Shown: piece after piece, positions 37,669 to 47,995 of the stretch
How the letters are laid out: every line of letters begins with the position of its first letter
Position numbering within the stretch: position 1 is the first letter of the stretch
Assembly: GCA_018302605.1 (NCBI GenBank)
Contig: JAGVZN010000019.1
Location: forward strand, 29,803 to 93,802
Origin: Candidatus Woesearchaeota archaeon
GTDB taxonomy: Archaea; Nanobdellota; Nanobdellia; Woesearchaeales; GW2011-AR9
Reading direction: 5' to 3'
DNA length: 64,000 nucleotides
Program-made: the position numbers and the translations under genes
Notes under the pieces: generated by a model
What the model was told of the DNA's origin: nothing
Databases searched by the model: none
Seen by the model: only the letters and a program-made list of their open reading frames with translations

Positions 37669-39819
37669 ATGGTTTTGAGGGTTGTGGGAAAAAGTGATTT
37701 GGTGAGGTTATGCTCGTTTACACCAACAGATTTTGAACGATACGAATTGTATTTGCCGCTTCTCGAAGAGAACATGATCTCAGAGAGAATAGCTGCACTC
37801 CCCAATCATCTCAAAATTAGTTCTATTCATAATCCCACCTGGATGAAAGTGAATGGTCGGTTGCATCCCTTCGATCTGTCTGCAGAAGGTGTGGTCGGAG
37901 AAGCTTCTGATCAATCTTTACGTGGAACGATCAATCTCGCGCTGAAAGTGAGTGCACGAGTCATTGTAATCCACGGTGCGACATGGAATATCTATACTCA
38001 AACGAAAGAGGAAGCATTTGGCCGACTGGCATCGCGAGTACTACCACTCATTGAAAAATATCCACAAATCTCTTTTTGCTTTGAGACAGATACGTTGTGG
38101 CACAATCTTTACTTTCATCGACGAGCGTTATTGACCGATGAAAAAGACTTCGCATATTTAGACTTGTTACTGGGAGGAAGGCTGAAGATAACGGCTGACT
38201 TTGAACACCTGAACATATCTTACCACTTTTCGGAATTTATAACATCATTGGGTGGGGAAGATGATTTCCTTAAACGCTATACTGCTGATGGACAAAAAGC
38301 ATTTGAGTTAGATTGCCAGACATTTATTAAAAAACATTTTGAACAGTTGCAAGTTGGATTTAAGAATCATTTGGAATCATTCTTTAGCCGTTTTCAGAAT
38401 AAGATTGAACATATTCACATCAACGGTTCAGATTGTTGCAACTTTATCTTCGATCCTAAGACGACACTGCCTCTTGTTGGGGAGCATTTACCCGTAGGCT
38501 TCTCTCGCGAGAATGTTTCAGATAAGTTGGATTATTCCTTTATTGCGCGGCTGCTTCATTCTCTCCCAACGGAAAAACAGATTGATGTTGTTCTCGAGGT
38601 GTGGATGAAAGATGAGCGTGATTTCAGGACAATCTCTGTGGAATCAAAGATATTTTTAGAAGAAAAATTAAGTTCTCGAGGTGGAATTATGAATAATATT
38701 AATAATAACGTAAGTATTGAAGCTGCTGCAGAAAATATGAAAAGTGTTCTCATCGGAAAATTTGAAATCAAAAATTTTGGAAGGCCATTTATCATCGCTG
38801 AAATTGGTGCCAATCATAACGGGAATATTGACCTCGCAAAGAAAATGATTGATGCTGCAGTTGCCGCTGGCGCGGATTGTGCAAAATTTCAATCATGGAC
38901 CAAGAAAAGTATCTTCTCACGAGGAGTTTACGAAAACAACGCCGCTTTAGAGAAAGATATTGATACATACAGCTTTGAAGCAGAAAAGTATCGCGAGCTT
39001 AAGAGATATTGTGAAGAAAAGCACATTTTATTTGGGACAAGCGTGTTCTGTGAAAAAGAAGCAGACTTTTTTGTAGACGAGTTAAATGTCGATTTTGTCA
39101 AAATTGCTTCCATGGACGTAAATAACCTACCCTTTTTAGAATACCTTGCGCAGAAAGGAAAGCCATTAATTCTCTCGACAGGCCTTTCCACTCTTCCGGA
39201 AATTGCCGAAGCAGTAGCCACTATCACGAAACATAATCAGAAGTTGATTATCTTACACTGCCTCTCCGTCTATCCTGATGATCCCAATAAGAATTCTCCT
39301 CGCGCGGGAGTTGGTGGTGAAGCTGAAAGGACATTTTTGCAGGGAGCGGGGATTAACCTCCTAAATATCGACATGTTGCGGAACAACTTCAGTTACCCTA
39401 TTGGCTTCTCCGACAATACACCGGGCGTCTTTATGCCTCTAGCAGCAGTAGCACGCGGAGCATGTGTAGTCGAAAAACACTTCACTACGGATCACCATCT
39501 GGAAGGCTGGGATCACGGAATCTCTGCGGATCCAACCGAGATAAAATTAATTGTCGATGGTGCTCGTGCAATCAGTCAAGGGTTGGGTTCTTACCAACGT
39601 TCTCTCTCTGCAAAAGAGAGAAATATGATCCCCATTTTTCGACGTAGTATCGTCATAAAACAGCCGTTGCCTGCAGGACATATCCTGCGTAGGGAGGATA
39701 TTGAGTTCAAACGTCCGGGGACGGGAATTGAACCAAAACATCTATCGTTCATTATCGGCCGCCAACTAAAACGAGCCGTTAGTAGTGATGTTTTATTGAA
39801 CAAAGAGGATTTAGTCTAA
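37669..39819 (+). CDS. fusion: xylose-isomerase-like TIM-barrel domain (N-terminal ~330 aa) + N-acylneuraminate (nonulosonic acid) synthase NeuB/PseI/LegI with C-terminal SAF domain
   Basis: C-terminal FIIAEIGANHNGNIDLAKKMIDAAVAAGADCAKFQ (NeuB signature) and SAF-like IVIKQPLPAGHILRREDIEFKRPG. N-terminal metal-ligand-like VIVIHG, FCFETD, ITADFEH, HIHINGSD. Confidence 0.7.
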   Translation: MVLRVVGKSDLVRLCSFTPTDFERYELYLPLLEENMISERIAALPNHLKISSIHNPTWMKVNGRLHPFDLSAEGVVGEASDQSLRGTINLALKVSARVIVIHGATWNIYTQTKEEAFGRLASRVLPLIEKYPQISFCFETDTLWHNLYFHRRALLTDEKDFAYLDLLLGGRLKITADFEHLNISYHFSEFITSLGGEDDFLKRYTADGQKAFELDCQTFIKKHFEQLQVGFKNHLESFFSRFQNKIEHIHINGSDCCNFIFDPKTTLPLVGEHLPVGFSRENVSDKLDYSFIARLLHSLPTEKQIDVVLEVWMKDERDFRTISVESKIFLEEKLSSRGGIMNNINNNVSIEAAAENMKSVLIGKFEIKNFGRPFIIAEIGANHNGNIDLAKKMIDAAVAAGADCAKFQSWTKKSIFSRGVYENNAALEKDIDTYSFEAEKYRELKRYCEEKHILFGTSVFCEKEADFFVDELNVDFVKIASMDVNNLPFLEYLAQKGKPLILSTGLSTLPEIAEAVATITKHNQKLIILHCLSVYPDDPNKNSPRAGVGGEAERTFLQGAGINLLNIDMLRNNFSYPIGFSDNTPGVFMPLAAVARGACVVEKHFTTDHHLEGWDHGISADPTEIKLIVDGARAISQGLGSYQRSLSAKERNMIPIFRRSIVIKQPLPAGHILRREDIEFKRPGTGIEPKHLSFIIGRQLKRAVSSDVLLNKEDLV

Positions 39820-39843
39820 TTGGAACATTACTGAGGACTATAA

Positions 39844-41067
39844 ATGACTAAGATCAATTCCTCGATTAAATTATTGGCACTAAGTTTTTTCATTATTTTT
39901 TTCGGGTACAATGGTGTCCAGCAATATGTAACAGTATTCTTTGCTGAGAAAGGAATGCTTTCAGTTGGTTTTTATTCTCTGATTATTATTTACGTACTTC
40001 TCTCTTTGTGTAGCCCCCTTGCTGGGGCCTTCGTTAGTAAATATGGTCCCAAGAAAGCGATGGTACTCGCCTCGCTCTTTTATGCTCTCTTTATACTTTC
40101 TCTCTTACCAGGTTCGCTATCATTAGTCTATCTCGGTTCGGCGCTGTTAGGCATTGCTGCTGCGTTCTTATGGAATGGACAAAATGTCTATCTCATTAAA
40201 GCCAGTACAGAGAACAGTGCTGGTAAAAGCGCTGGCCTGTTTATGGTTGCTCTTTCATCAAGTGCAGCCGCCGGGATTTTGACGATTTGGTATCTGCAAC
40301 AATCTCTGTCGTTAGCCACTATCTTCCTTATCTTTAGCATTCTTCCTTTTGTAGGGTTCTTTCTCCTACTGACTCTACCTTCTGTCCCGACAGAACATGT
40401 CCCAAATAAATTCCAGTTGATGAAACGGTCGTTGACCAGCCCTACTGCGTTTCGTTTCTCTTTACTTTGGTTTGGATTGGCATTTGTCTCTGGTCTGGCG
40501 CTCGGCTTTCTTCCCATCGATATCAAGAATCTCTTTGGTATCCACCTAATTGGACCCCTCTCCACTCTATTCTATGTCATGCCGATTCTTTTTTCCTATC
40601 TCTTCGGTAAAGTTTCAGATAAGCTTGGAAGAAAGCCGATGATTATCCTTTCTTTTGTTCTCTGCGGAATAAGTTTAATTATTCTGTCATTGGCAACAAC
40701 ACTTTGGTTGATGATACTTGGCATTATTATTTTAACAACATATTACGCAGCCACGCGAACGATTACGTTCGTTTTAGTTGGTGATATTTCCAGCCCACAA
40801 AATCTTGGATCACTGACCTCCCAATTCTGGGCAGTTCAGAATGTGGGCACAGTTGCAGCTTTATTTACGGCGATAATAATCCCTGGAAAAAATGTTTATC
40901 TCGTTTCGCTTGGTTTTCTCGTTTTATCAGCGGTACTTTTATTTCCGATTCTCAACCATAGTCTTCCCGAGACCAGATCTATTATTGAAAAGGAGATGGG
41001 ACTAGTGATGGAGAATCAGAATTTAGAGATAAAAGAACAGAACTTAGCTGATATCAAGCAGAACTAA
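39844..41067 (+). CDS. MFS-type transporter
   Basis: 407 aa, about 12 hydrophobic segments; GPKKAMVLASLFYAL between TM2 and TM3. Confidence 0.65.
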   Translation: MTKINSSIKLLALSFFIIFFGYNGVQQYVTVFFAEKGMLSVGFYSLIIIYVLLSLCSPLAGAFVSKYGPKKAMVLASLFYALFILSLLPGSLSLVYLGSALLGIAAAFLWNGQNVYLIKASTENSAGKSAGLFMVALSSSAAAGILTIWYLQQSLSLATIFLIFSILPFVGFFLLLTLPSVPTEHVPNKFQLMKRSLTSPTAFRFSLLWFGLAFVSGLALGFLPIDIKNLFGIHLIGPLSTLFYVMPILFSYLFGKVSDKLGRKPMIILSFVLCGISLIILSLATTLWLMILGIIILTTYYAATRTITFVLVGDISSPQNLGSLTSQFWAVQNVGTVAALFTAIIIPGKNVYLVSLGFLVLSAVLLFPILNHSLPETRSIIEKEMGLVMENQNLEIKEQNLADIKQN

Positions 41068-41124
41068 ACTCAAAGAGAACTATTCCTCAAAACATTTATA
41101 AATCAAATTCCATCGAGAACTTTC

Positions 41125-41565
41125 ATGATTTACGACCGATTAGATTCTTCACTTCCTTATCACGGCCTAAATCCGCATTTTCCCGCAGCATTCTCCTTTT
41201 TACAAAGATCAGACTTAGATATGTTAACACCAGGAAAGTACGATGTTGAAAATGGGCTTGTCACTATCGTTGTTGATGGTGATAATCTTGGTGAAGAGAA
41301 AGCAGAATTAGAGAGCCACCAAGAACATATCGATATTCATTATACGATAACCGGCGTTGACCGCATCGGTTGGAAGCCTGTTTCAAGATCAACTGTAAGT
41401 AAACATTACAATCCTGCAAATGACACGACTTTTTATAATGACCATCCGCAAACAGGGGTAGATGTAGCTCCTGGTTATTTTGCAATTTTCTTCCCTCACG
41501 ATGCCCATGCTACAATGGCTGGCACAGGAAGAGTAAGAAAAATCGTGATGAAGGTTCTGCTTTAG
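41125..41565 (+). CDS. YhcH/YjgK/YiaL (DUF386) family protein (NanQ-like sialic acid anomerase / mutarotase fold)
   Basis: 146 aa; ...HQEHIDIHYTITG...FAIFFPHDAHA pattern typical of DUF386. Confidence 0.5.
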   Translation: MIYDRLDSSLPYHGLNPHFPAAFSFLQRSDLDMLTPGKYDVENGLVTIVVDGDNLGEEKAELESHQEHIDIHYTITGVDRIGWKPVSRSTVSKHYNPANDTTFYNDHPQTGVDVAPGYFAIFFPHDAHATMAGTGRVRKIVMKVLL

Positions 41566-41572
41566 GTGTTCT

Positions 41573-42658
41573 ATGGACTCAGATCAAGCCGCATCATTAC
41601 TGAAAAAGAGTGGATATGATCTTAATGTTATCACCTTAATCCCAGAAGGGAGAAGTCACGATGTTTTTGACGTATCTCTCTCCGATGGCCGTTCCGTTGT
41701 TGCACGTTTCGGAAAACATTCCCCAGAAGGCCAACCGCGCCGTGACTTCCATTATAACGGAGTTCTCTCTCTTGAAAGAGAGAATTATCTTTGTCACTTT
41801 GTCCGTGCTGCTGGTCTCCCTGCTCCTAAAGTGGAAAGCACCCATCTCCTCAGCGAACAGGAATTTGTGGTAGTCGAGAAATTACCAGGCAAACACTGGA
41901 AAACATTTCTCGAGGAAAAAGGATATTCTCAACAAGCGTATCTAGATTCCCTTGAGTTTTTAGGAGCCGATCTGGCACAAGCTCATCAAGTCACATTCGA
42001 TTATTTCGGAAATCTCATGGCCGGAGGCGTTATCGAGCCGGCAGGAGTCACTAATTTTGCGCTAAGACTGAGGTCTATTCTCGATCTAAAGATTGGACGG
42101 GAAGAGAAAACGAACGCTCTTTCACCTCAGGAGTTAATGGAAGTAAAACAATATTTTACTAGCCGATTAGATAATTTATATCCTCTTTTCGAACGATTAA
42201 AATCTACGCCGCGACTTATTCTAACAGATTTGCATCCCATGAATTTCCTTGTTGATGATGCAGGTAAGCCTTCGGGTTATTTTGACTTGGAATTTTGTCA
42301 GGCCGGCCATCCGGCTCTTGAAATGTATTACCTTGAAGTGCAGTTATTCAACTATTTTAATCGGAATACAGCGGCGTTAGCACGTGATGCTTTCTACAAA
42401 GGTTATCGAAAATCTGGTGGAGAATATGAACCTGACGATCCCATCAACAAAGAATTAGAAACTATCCTCGCTGCTGGTCAAACGCTTACTGCTGTAACGG
42501 CATATCACGGAGTAAGAGATGGGGTAAGAGATAGATGGAGTGCTCAATTTAAAGAGATTCTTTTTGATGTAATCACTTCCGGTTCGATGGATACGGTCGC
42601 TTATGCTGACGTCATTCGACAGAAAACACAGCAACCTTCACAACCAACATTACCATGA
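41573..42658 (+). CDS. aminoglycoside/choline-kinase-like phosphotransferase (APH fold)
   Basis: Brenner motif LILTDLHPMNFLVDD and downstream DLEF. Confidence 0.6.
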   Translation: MDSDQAASLLKKSGYDLNVITLIPEGRSHDVFDVSLSDGRSVVARFGKHSPEGQPRRDFHYNGVLSLERENYLCHFVRAAGLPAPKVESTHLLSEQEFVVVEKLPGKHWKTFLEEKGYSQQAYLDSLEFLGADLAQAHQVTFDYFGNLMAGGVIEPAGVTNFALRLRSILDLKIGREEKTNALSPQELMEVKQYFTSRLDNLYPLFERLKSTPRLILTDLHPMNFLVDDAGKPSGYFDLEFCQAGHPALEMYYLEVQLFNYFNRNTAALARDAFYKGYRKSGGEYEPDDPINKELETILAAGQTLTAVTAYHGVRDGVRDRWSAQFKEILFDVITSGSMDTVAYADVIRQKTQQPSQPTLP

Positions 42659-43632
42659 AAATTGCCATCATCGGCGCAGGAGCGCTTGGATCATTAGTCG
42701 GGGCATATCTCTCCACGCAACATCAGGTTCTCCTCTATGGAAGAAGAGAACACGTTGAAGCTGTCAACAAAGATGGTCTGCATACTTCCGGAATAAGGGG
42801 AGAGATGGTCTATGATCTCCCAGCAACAACCGATCTCCGCGGCCAGCACTTTCACTTAGGCATCGTGGGGGTAAAGAGTTATGATACTGAACGAGTACTC
42901 GCTGATCTAGAGAGACAGGAAGCATCATTTGATTATATTGCATCGATCCAAAATGGATTAAAAGACGATGTTCTTATCCAGAGGTTTGGAATTGAACGTG
43001 TTTTAGGTTGCGTCGTTGATGAAGCAGCGAAGATGGTTGCTCCGGGCCGTGTTTGCTACACAAATAATGGGTGCAGCTATTTTGGAACATTTACTTCCGA
43101 AAATGAGAGGGGTATAAAGACTGCTGTTGCTAAATCCCTCTCAGAAACACTGCAACATTCCGGGTTAACTGCAAATGTTGCTGAAAATGTTGATACGATC
43201 ACGTGGTATAAATTCATGGGTGCAAATACCGTTTGTGTTAGCGGCGCGCTTGATCTAAACGCTGCACAAAAATTCACAAACCCGTACGCACGGAGCCTTT
43301 TTGTACGTACTATTGATGAAATTCTTGCTGTTGCTAATGCCGAAGGTATCCCCCTCACACCACATCCGATGCTCAGTCAAGTATTCCTCGCCGAGGCAGC
43401 AGGGAGAAAAGAATTAATTGATACGTTAACAAGGAAACATGAACAATCTACAAGTGAGCCGCATGTACCCTCTCTTGTCCAAGACTTAAGAAAAAGAAAA
43501 GCAATAACTGAAGCAGATGACACAATGGGTATTTTGCTCAAACATGCTGCTACCCATGGTATCAGAATCCCAACGATAGAAACCTGTTATCAAATCATAA
43601 AAGCAAAAGAATTCAGAAATCACTCCAAGTGA
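42655..43632 (+). CDS. ketopantoate-reductase (ApbA/PanE)-family NAD(P)-dependent oxidoreductase
   Basis: MKIAIIGAGALGSLVGAYL N-terminal Rossmann; 325 aa; 4-nt overlap with the upstream kinase. Confidence 0.55.
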   Translation: MKIAIIGAGALGSLVGAYLSTQHQVLLYGRREHVEAVNKDGLHTSGIRGEMVYDLPATTDLRGQHFHLGIVGVKSYDTERVLADLERQEASFDYIASIQNGLKDDVLIQRFGIERVLGCVVDEAAKMVAPGRVCYTNNGCSYFGTFTSENERGIKTAVAKSLSETLQHSGLTANVAENVDTITWYKFMGANTVCVSGALDLNAAQKFTNPYARSLFVRTIDEILAVANAEGIPLTPHPMLSQVFLAEAAGRKELIDTLTRKHEQSTSEPHVPSLVQDLRKRKAITEADDTMGILLKHAATHGIRIPTIETCYQIIKAKEFRNHSK

Positions 43633-43689
43633 ACCACTGTTCCTAAATCTTTTTAAACTATTCCTCCTCCCTTTTCAAACAATTTCCCC

Positions 43690-45255
43690 GTGATCCACAA
43701 CAAACGTGTCTTAGCGTACATCCCTGCCCGCAGTGGCAGCAAAAGTATCATTGATAAGAATATTGTTGATGTCTGCGGCAAGCCGTTGATTGCCTATACT
43801 ATCGAAGCTGCAAAAGCAAGCAAATATGTCGATGCTGTCATCGTCTCTACAGATTCTCTAAGATATGCCGAAATCGTCAAGAAACTCGGTGCAGAAGCGC
43901 CATTCCTCCGGCCAGCGGAATTGGCCTCCGATACAGCAGTGGAGATGGACTCCTGTCAACACATGATGAGTTGGGTTGAACAGAACTGGCCGGAAAAGTA
44001 TGATCTCGTTCTCAAGCTCGAACCGACATCCCCCCTCCGAACAGCTGATGATATTGATCAAGCGATCGAGACATTCGTAAAGAAAGATGCTAATACAGTG
44101 ATTACCGTTACGGAAGCATTCACCCATCCTTTCTGGATGAATACTTTAGACGATCAAAAATCAATGGATAACTTTATTGCAGAAGATGTTAAAAGAAAAA
44201 ACCGGCAACAGCTTCCCATCTATTACCAATTAGATGGATTAGTCCACGTCGCCAGCTGGGAATTCCTTAAACAACATAAAACCTGGTTCGCAACAGAAAA
44301 AAGCTATGCCTCGATTAGCCCGAATGCCCATGCTGTTGACATCGACGGGCCGACTCAATTAGAGTTAGTAAAAATCATTATCAGCCAACGAAATGAACAG
44401 AAGCATCCTGAACTCGCTCTGCCCAAAGGAGAAGAAAAAAAAGAGATGGCCGGAACAAAAGCAGTTCATTCCCTTTTCAATCTTACAGGAAAAGTCGTAA
44501 TTATCACCGGCGCCGCAGGATTGATCGGCATGCAATATGCAGAAATTCTCTCTGATGCCGGTGCCCACATTGTCATTGCTGATATCAAACAAGAGATCTG
44601 CGATGCCGCAGCAGAAAAGATCACGCAACGCAGTGGCATCAAAGCATTAGGCGTAGAAGTTGATATTTCACATGAAGAATCTGTCCAGAGAATGCTGGAC
44701 CGGATCAGCAAAGAGTTCGGAAGGGTTGATGTTTTGGTCAACAATGCTGTCGCCCGGCCACAATTCTATTTCAAGCCATTTGAAGAATATCCTGTCGATG
44801 ATTGGGAGATGGTCATGTCGGTAAACCTACGCGGCGTGTTTATCTGTTCTAAAATCATTGGAGACTACATGGTCAAGCAAGGAAAAGGGGTCATTGTCAA
44901 CATTGGGTCAACATACGGCATTGTGGGGAATGACCTTAGTATCTATGAAGGGCCAGAATCAAACGCCTTTCCTTCTGCAGTCTATGCAGCGAGTAAAGGA
45001 GGAGTCATCAATCTCACTCGCCATCTCGCAACATACTGGGCTCACAAAAGAATTAGAGTTAACTGTCTCAGTCCGGGGGGAGTAGAGAACAATCAGACCA
45101 AAGAATTCATCAAACGCTATAGTGCACGAACTCCGATGGGAAGGATGGCACGAAAAGACGAATACAAAGGCGCGTTATTATTTCTCTGTTCCGATGCTTC
45201 TTCTTACATGACCGGCGCAAATCTTGTTGTTGATGGCGGCTGGACCGCGTGGTAA
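43690..45255 (+). CDS. fusion: CMP-N-acylneuraminate cytidylyltransferase (NeuA/PseF/LegF-like) + short-chain dehydrogenase/reductase (SDR)
   Basis: N-terminal VLAYIPARSGSKSIIDKNI ... AVIVSTDS; C-terminal VVIITGAAGLIGMQYA ... NAV ... YAASKGG (SDR TGxxxGxG and YxxxK). GTG start per ORF track. Confidence 0.7.
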   Translation: MIHNKRVLAYIPARSGSKSIIDKNIVDVCGKPLIAYTIEAAKASKYVDAVIVSTDSLRYAEIVKKLGAEAPFLRPAELASDTAVEMDSCQHMMSWVEQNWPEKYDLVLKLEPTSPLRTADDIDQAIETFVKKDANTVITVTEAFTHPFWMNTLDDQKSMDNFIAEDVKRKNRQQLPIYYQLDGLVHVASWEFLKQHKTWFATEKSYASISPNAHAVDIDGPTQLELVKIIISQRNEQKHPELALPKGEEKKEMAGTKAVHSLFNLTGKVVIITGAAGLIGMQYAEILSDAGAHIVIADIKQEICDAAAEKITQRSGIKALGVEVDISHEESVQRMLDRISKEFGRVDVLVNNAVARPQFYFKPFEEYPVDDWEMVMSVNLRGVFICSKIIGDYMVKQGKGVIVNIGSTYGIVGNDLSIYEGPESNAFPSAVYAASKGGVINLTRHLATYWAHKRIRVNCLSPGGVENNQTKEFIKRYSARTPMGRMARKDEYKGALLFLCSDASSYMTGANLVVDGGWTAW

Positions 45256-45326
45256 ACATTCTACAAAATTCTAGCCAATTTCTGCTCGGATGCACGGCCT
45301 GTCGGAAAAGCTAAACAAATACAAAA

Positions 45327-47000
45327 TTATTCTTTTGTACAACGATAGACTTGACCGGTCAACTGGCTATGAGAATAAAAGTCTTTATCTAAATCACAAT
45401 ATTTAACGACGGCAAATGCCGGGCTCTGGGAAGGAAGAGGCGGCCAATACAGTAAGATGATCGTTCCTCCTCGCTGCCGAACAGCATCTATTGCTGGTTT
45501 CGGATAGTAACCGAGCTCATTATCGTCAAAGCCATATGTGTCTCCGTCTTCGATTCCCCAATAAGAATGATCGAAATACCACTGGATCCCTTGATCGTTA
45601 GTATGGATCGGCATCTCCAGATCATTATCTCTAACATAATTGATCATCTCCCACTTAACTTCACTGACATCGGAGCTCGTCGGATGAAAGAGATACTCTG
45701 TAGTCATAAAAATATTAAAAGCAAGTGACAGAGAAAAGAAGAAAACAAAAAAATAACGAGAATATTTCTTAGTAGAATAGAGAAGATAAAAGAACAATGC
45801 CATAAAACCGACTATAAACGCAATAAGGATCGTTGCCATAGAAACACCAAAAGTAGGACCGGAGGCAGAAGTATACGAAAATACGAAATGAAAGTTGCCT
45901 TGTAATAATTCTTTCAAATAAAGAGCAGGGATGCGAGGAACATAATTCAATGGAAAGCTATTGAGGACAAAAAAAGTGACCAGAGAGATGAGGAAAATGA
46001 TTACGCCAAATAGACGATGGCGATATCTTAAATAGATTTGAGAGAGATAAAAGCCGCCGATCATCGCTAATGCAGGAATTGTATTCATCAAATATCGCTC
46101 AATTGAACCATAATTTAATCCAAAAGTATAAAACAGAAGAGCGATCGTGACCCAGAGAACGAGTAAGAACAACTCTTTTTTTCTCTTGAATATCCCTAAG
46201 AGATAAAAACCGAATAATAACGAGGTTGACCATAAAGCGTACAACGTGATAGCTAGAGCGCTCACCATCTGAGGATGATATCGATGGAGAAGGACACCCC
46301 TGCCGATCCCCAGGGTAAAGACTAACCATCGCTCAGGAGAAATAAGCACCCCCAATAAGAGATAGCAAAAGAACAATAAAGAAGCAATCAGAGAGAGGAA
46401 GAACAAATCTTTGAACGATTCTGTAATCTTCCCCTCCCTCTTAAACAGTGAATAAAGAAAGAGAATGAGGATAATATAGATATTATTATATTTAGTTATG
46501 ACAGCTATAGCCAGACCAACACCAGCAAGTAACTGCCAGCCTCTCTTCTTCCTTCTCTCAACTGTCTTTTCAGATTCTAAGTATGCAAAGAACATTAACA
46601 GAACACAAAATAAGACTAAATTTCCTTCTACATCAAATTGTAGTGATGCCAAAGTAGGATAAAAAGCTACCAGCATCAAGAAAGTTGACCAGAATGCCGC
46701 ATTCTCACCAAAATTCCGCCGTGCGAACAGATAAACAAGAAGTGTATTGAGTATTCCAAATAACCAAGGAACAAGTCGAAATACCCACGTCTCCAATCCA
46801 AATAACCAAATCAACGGTTTATACAAAAGATTCAACGGCTGTGGAGAATAGTAATCCTCATTGAAGCCATAGGGATCCATCACGGTTAGAGAATATGCAA
46901 AATTAGATTCGTCATCATAAATGGCTTCATTAAGATTTGCCAAACGTAAGCCGAAGATGAGTATTCCGAAGACGATAAGGAACCATAATCTCCTAACCAT
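45327..47000 (-). CDS. GT-C family membrane glycosyltransferase (ArnT/PMT_2-like)
   Basis: 557 aa polytopic; N-terminal loop AIYDDESNFAYS (GT-C DE motif). Confidence 0.7.
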   Translation of the reverse strand: MVRRLWFLIVFGILIFGLRLANLNEAIYDDESNFAYSLTVMDPYGFNEDYYSPQPLNLLYKPLIWLFGLETWVFRLVPWLFGILNTLLVYLFARRNFGENAAFWSTFLMLVAFYPTLASLQFDVEGNLVLFCVLLMFFAYLESEKTVERRKKRGWQLLAGVGLAIAVITKYNNIYIILILFLYSLFKREGKITESFKDLFFLSLIASLLFFCYLLLGVLISPERWLVFTLGIGRGVLLHRYHPQMVSALAITLYALWSTSLLFGFYLLGIFKRKKELFLLVLWVTIALLFYTFGLNYGSIERYLMNTIPALAMIGGFYLSQIYLRYRHRLFGVIIFLISLVTFFVLNSFPLNYVPRIPALYLKELLQGNFHFVFSYTSASGPTFGVSMATILIAFIVGFMALFFYLLYSTKKYSRYFFVFFFSLSLAFNIFMTTEYLFHPTSSDVSEVKWEMINYVRDNDLEMPIHTNDQGIQWYFDHSYWGIEDGDTYGFDDNELGYYPKPAIDAVRQRGGTIILLYWPPLPSQSPAFAVVKYCDLDKDFYSHSQLTGQVYRCTKE

Positions 47001-47005
47001 TTTTA

Positions 47006-47995
47006 TTACTCTTCCCCCACGCTATCTCTTTTCTGTCCCATGACATCTAATGAAATACGCAGCGCTTCTAACCCAATCTCACCCGTTACCAAAGGTGTTT
47101 TTCGCGTTCTCACACACTGGACAAACGCCTGCAGTTCTAACAACAGCGGTTCGAATTGTTCTACCCCAACCTGTGTTTTGTTAGGAATACCAAATTTAAT
47201 GACATAATCACCATCTTCATCGATCATTTCTTTGGTATAGTTACTCTCATAGATAATCAACTCCTGTGTCAGATAATTTAATTCGGCATACCCTTTGCTG
47301 CCTGTCACACTTAAGTTTCGAATCTTGATAGGGGTAATCCAATTGACTTGAATAAATCCCGAACGGTTACCATACTTGAGGAATATTTCTGCATAATCCT
47401 CCCGCTTCTCAATCATTGCTTTACCGATATTTCCAAATACTTTCTCTGGCAGTCTTTCATAGAGGTAATTAATAATATCAATATCGTGGACCGCCAGATC
47501 GATGATCACATTCGCATCTCGTACTTGTACAGGAACAGCTCCTACCCGACGCGCAATGATAGAGGTGATCTCCCCTAACTTTCCCTCACTGATGACTTCT
47601 TTCAGTTTCTGGACCGCCGGATTAAATCGTTCAATGTGGCCGATCTGCAACACAACATTTTTCTCTCGGGCTGCTGCTATAATCTCTGTTGCATCCTCGA
47701 TTGTGCCCGCAATCGGTTTCTCAATCAGCACATCAATTCCACGCCGGATGCACGCCAAAGCTACCTCTTTATGATAGCTCGTCGGCACGGCAATACTTAC
47801 CGCTTTAACCTCTTCTTTATCAAGCATTTCAGAGTAATTATAATACGCCCGACAATTTGATTTCTTTGCCGTCGCGTCCGCTAATTCTCGATTAAGATCA
47901 CAAACCGCAACAAGTTCTACTCCGGTCATAGCGGCATAATTCCGCGCATGATGCTTGCCCATATTCCCCAAACCGATTACTGCCAGCCGCGTCAT
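47006..47995 (-). CDS. Gfo/Idh/MocA-family NAD-dependent sugar oxidoreductase (WbpB-like UDP-GlcNAc(A) 3-dehydrogenase)
   Basis: MTRLAVIGLGNMGKHHARNY; EKP motif LIEKPIA. Confidence 0.8.
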   Translation of the reverse strand: MTRLAVIGLGNMGKHHARNYAAMTGVELVAVCDLNRELADATAKKSNCRAYYNYSEMLDKEEVKAVSIAVPTSYHKEVALACIRRGIDVLIEKPIAGTIEDATEIIAAAREKNVVLQIGHIERFNPAVQKLKEVISEGKLGEITSIIARRVGAVPVQVRDANVIIDLAVHDIDIINYLYERLPEKVFGNIGKAMIEKREDYAEIFLKYGNRSGFIQVNWITPIKIRNLSVTGSKGYAELNYLTQELIIYESNYTKEMIDEDGDYVIKFGIPNKTQVGVEQFEPLLLELQAFVQCVRTRKTPLVTGEIGLEALRISLDVMGQKRDSVGEE

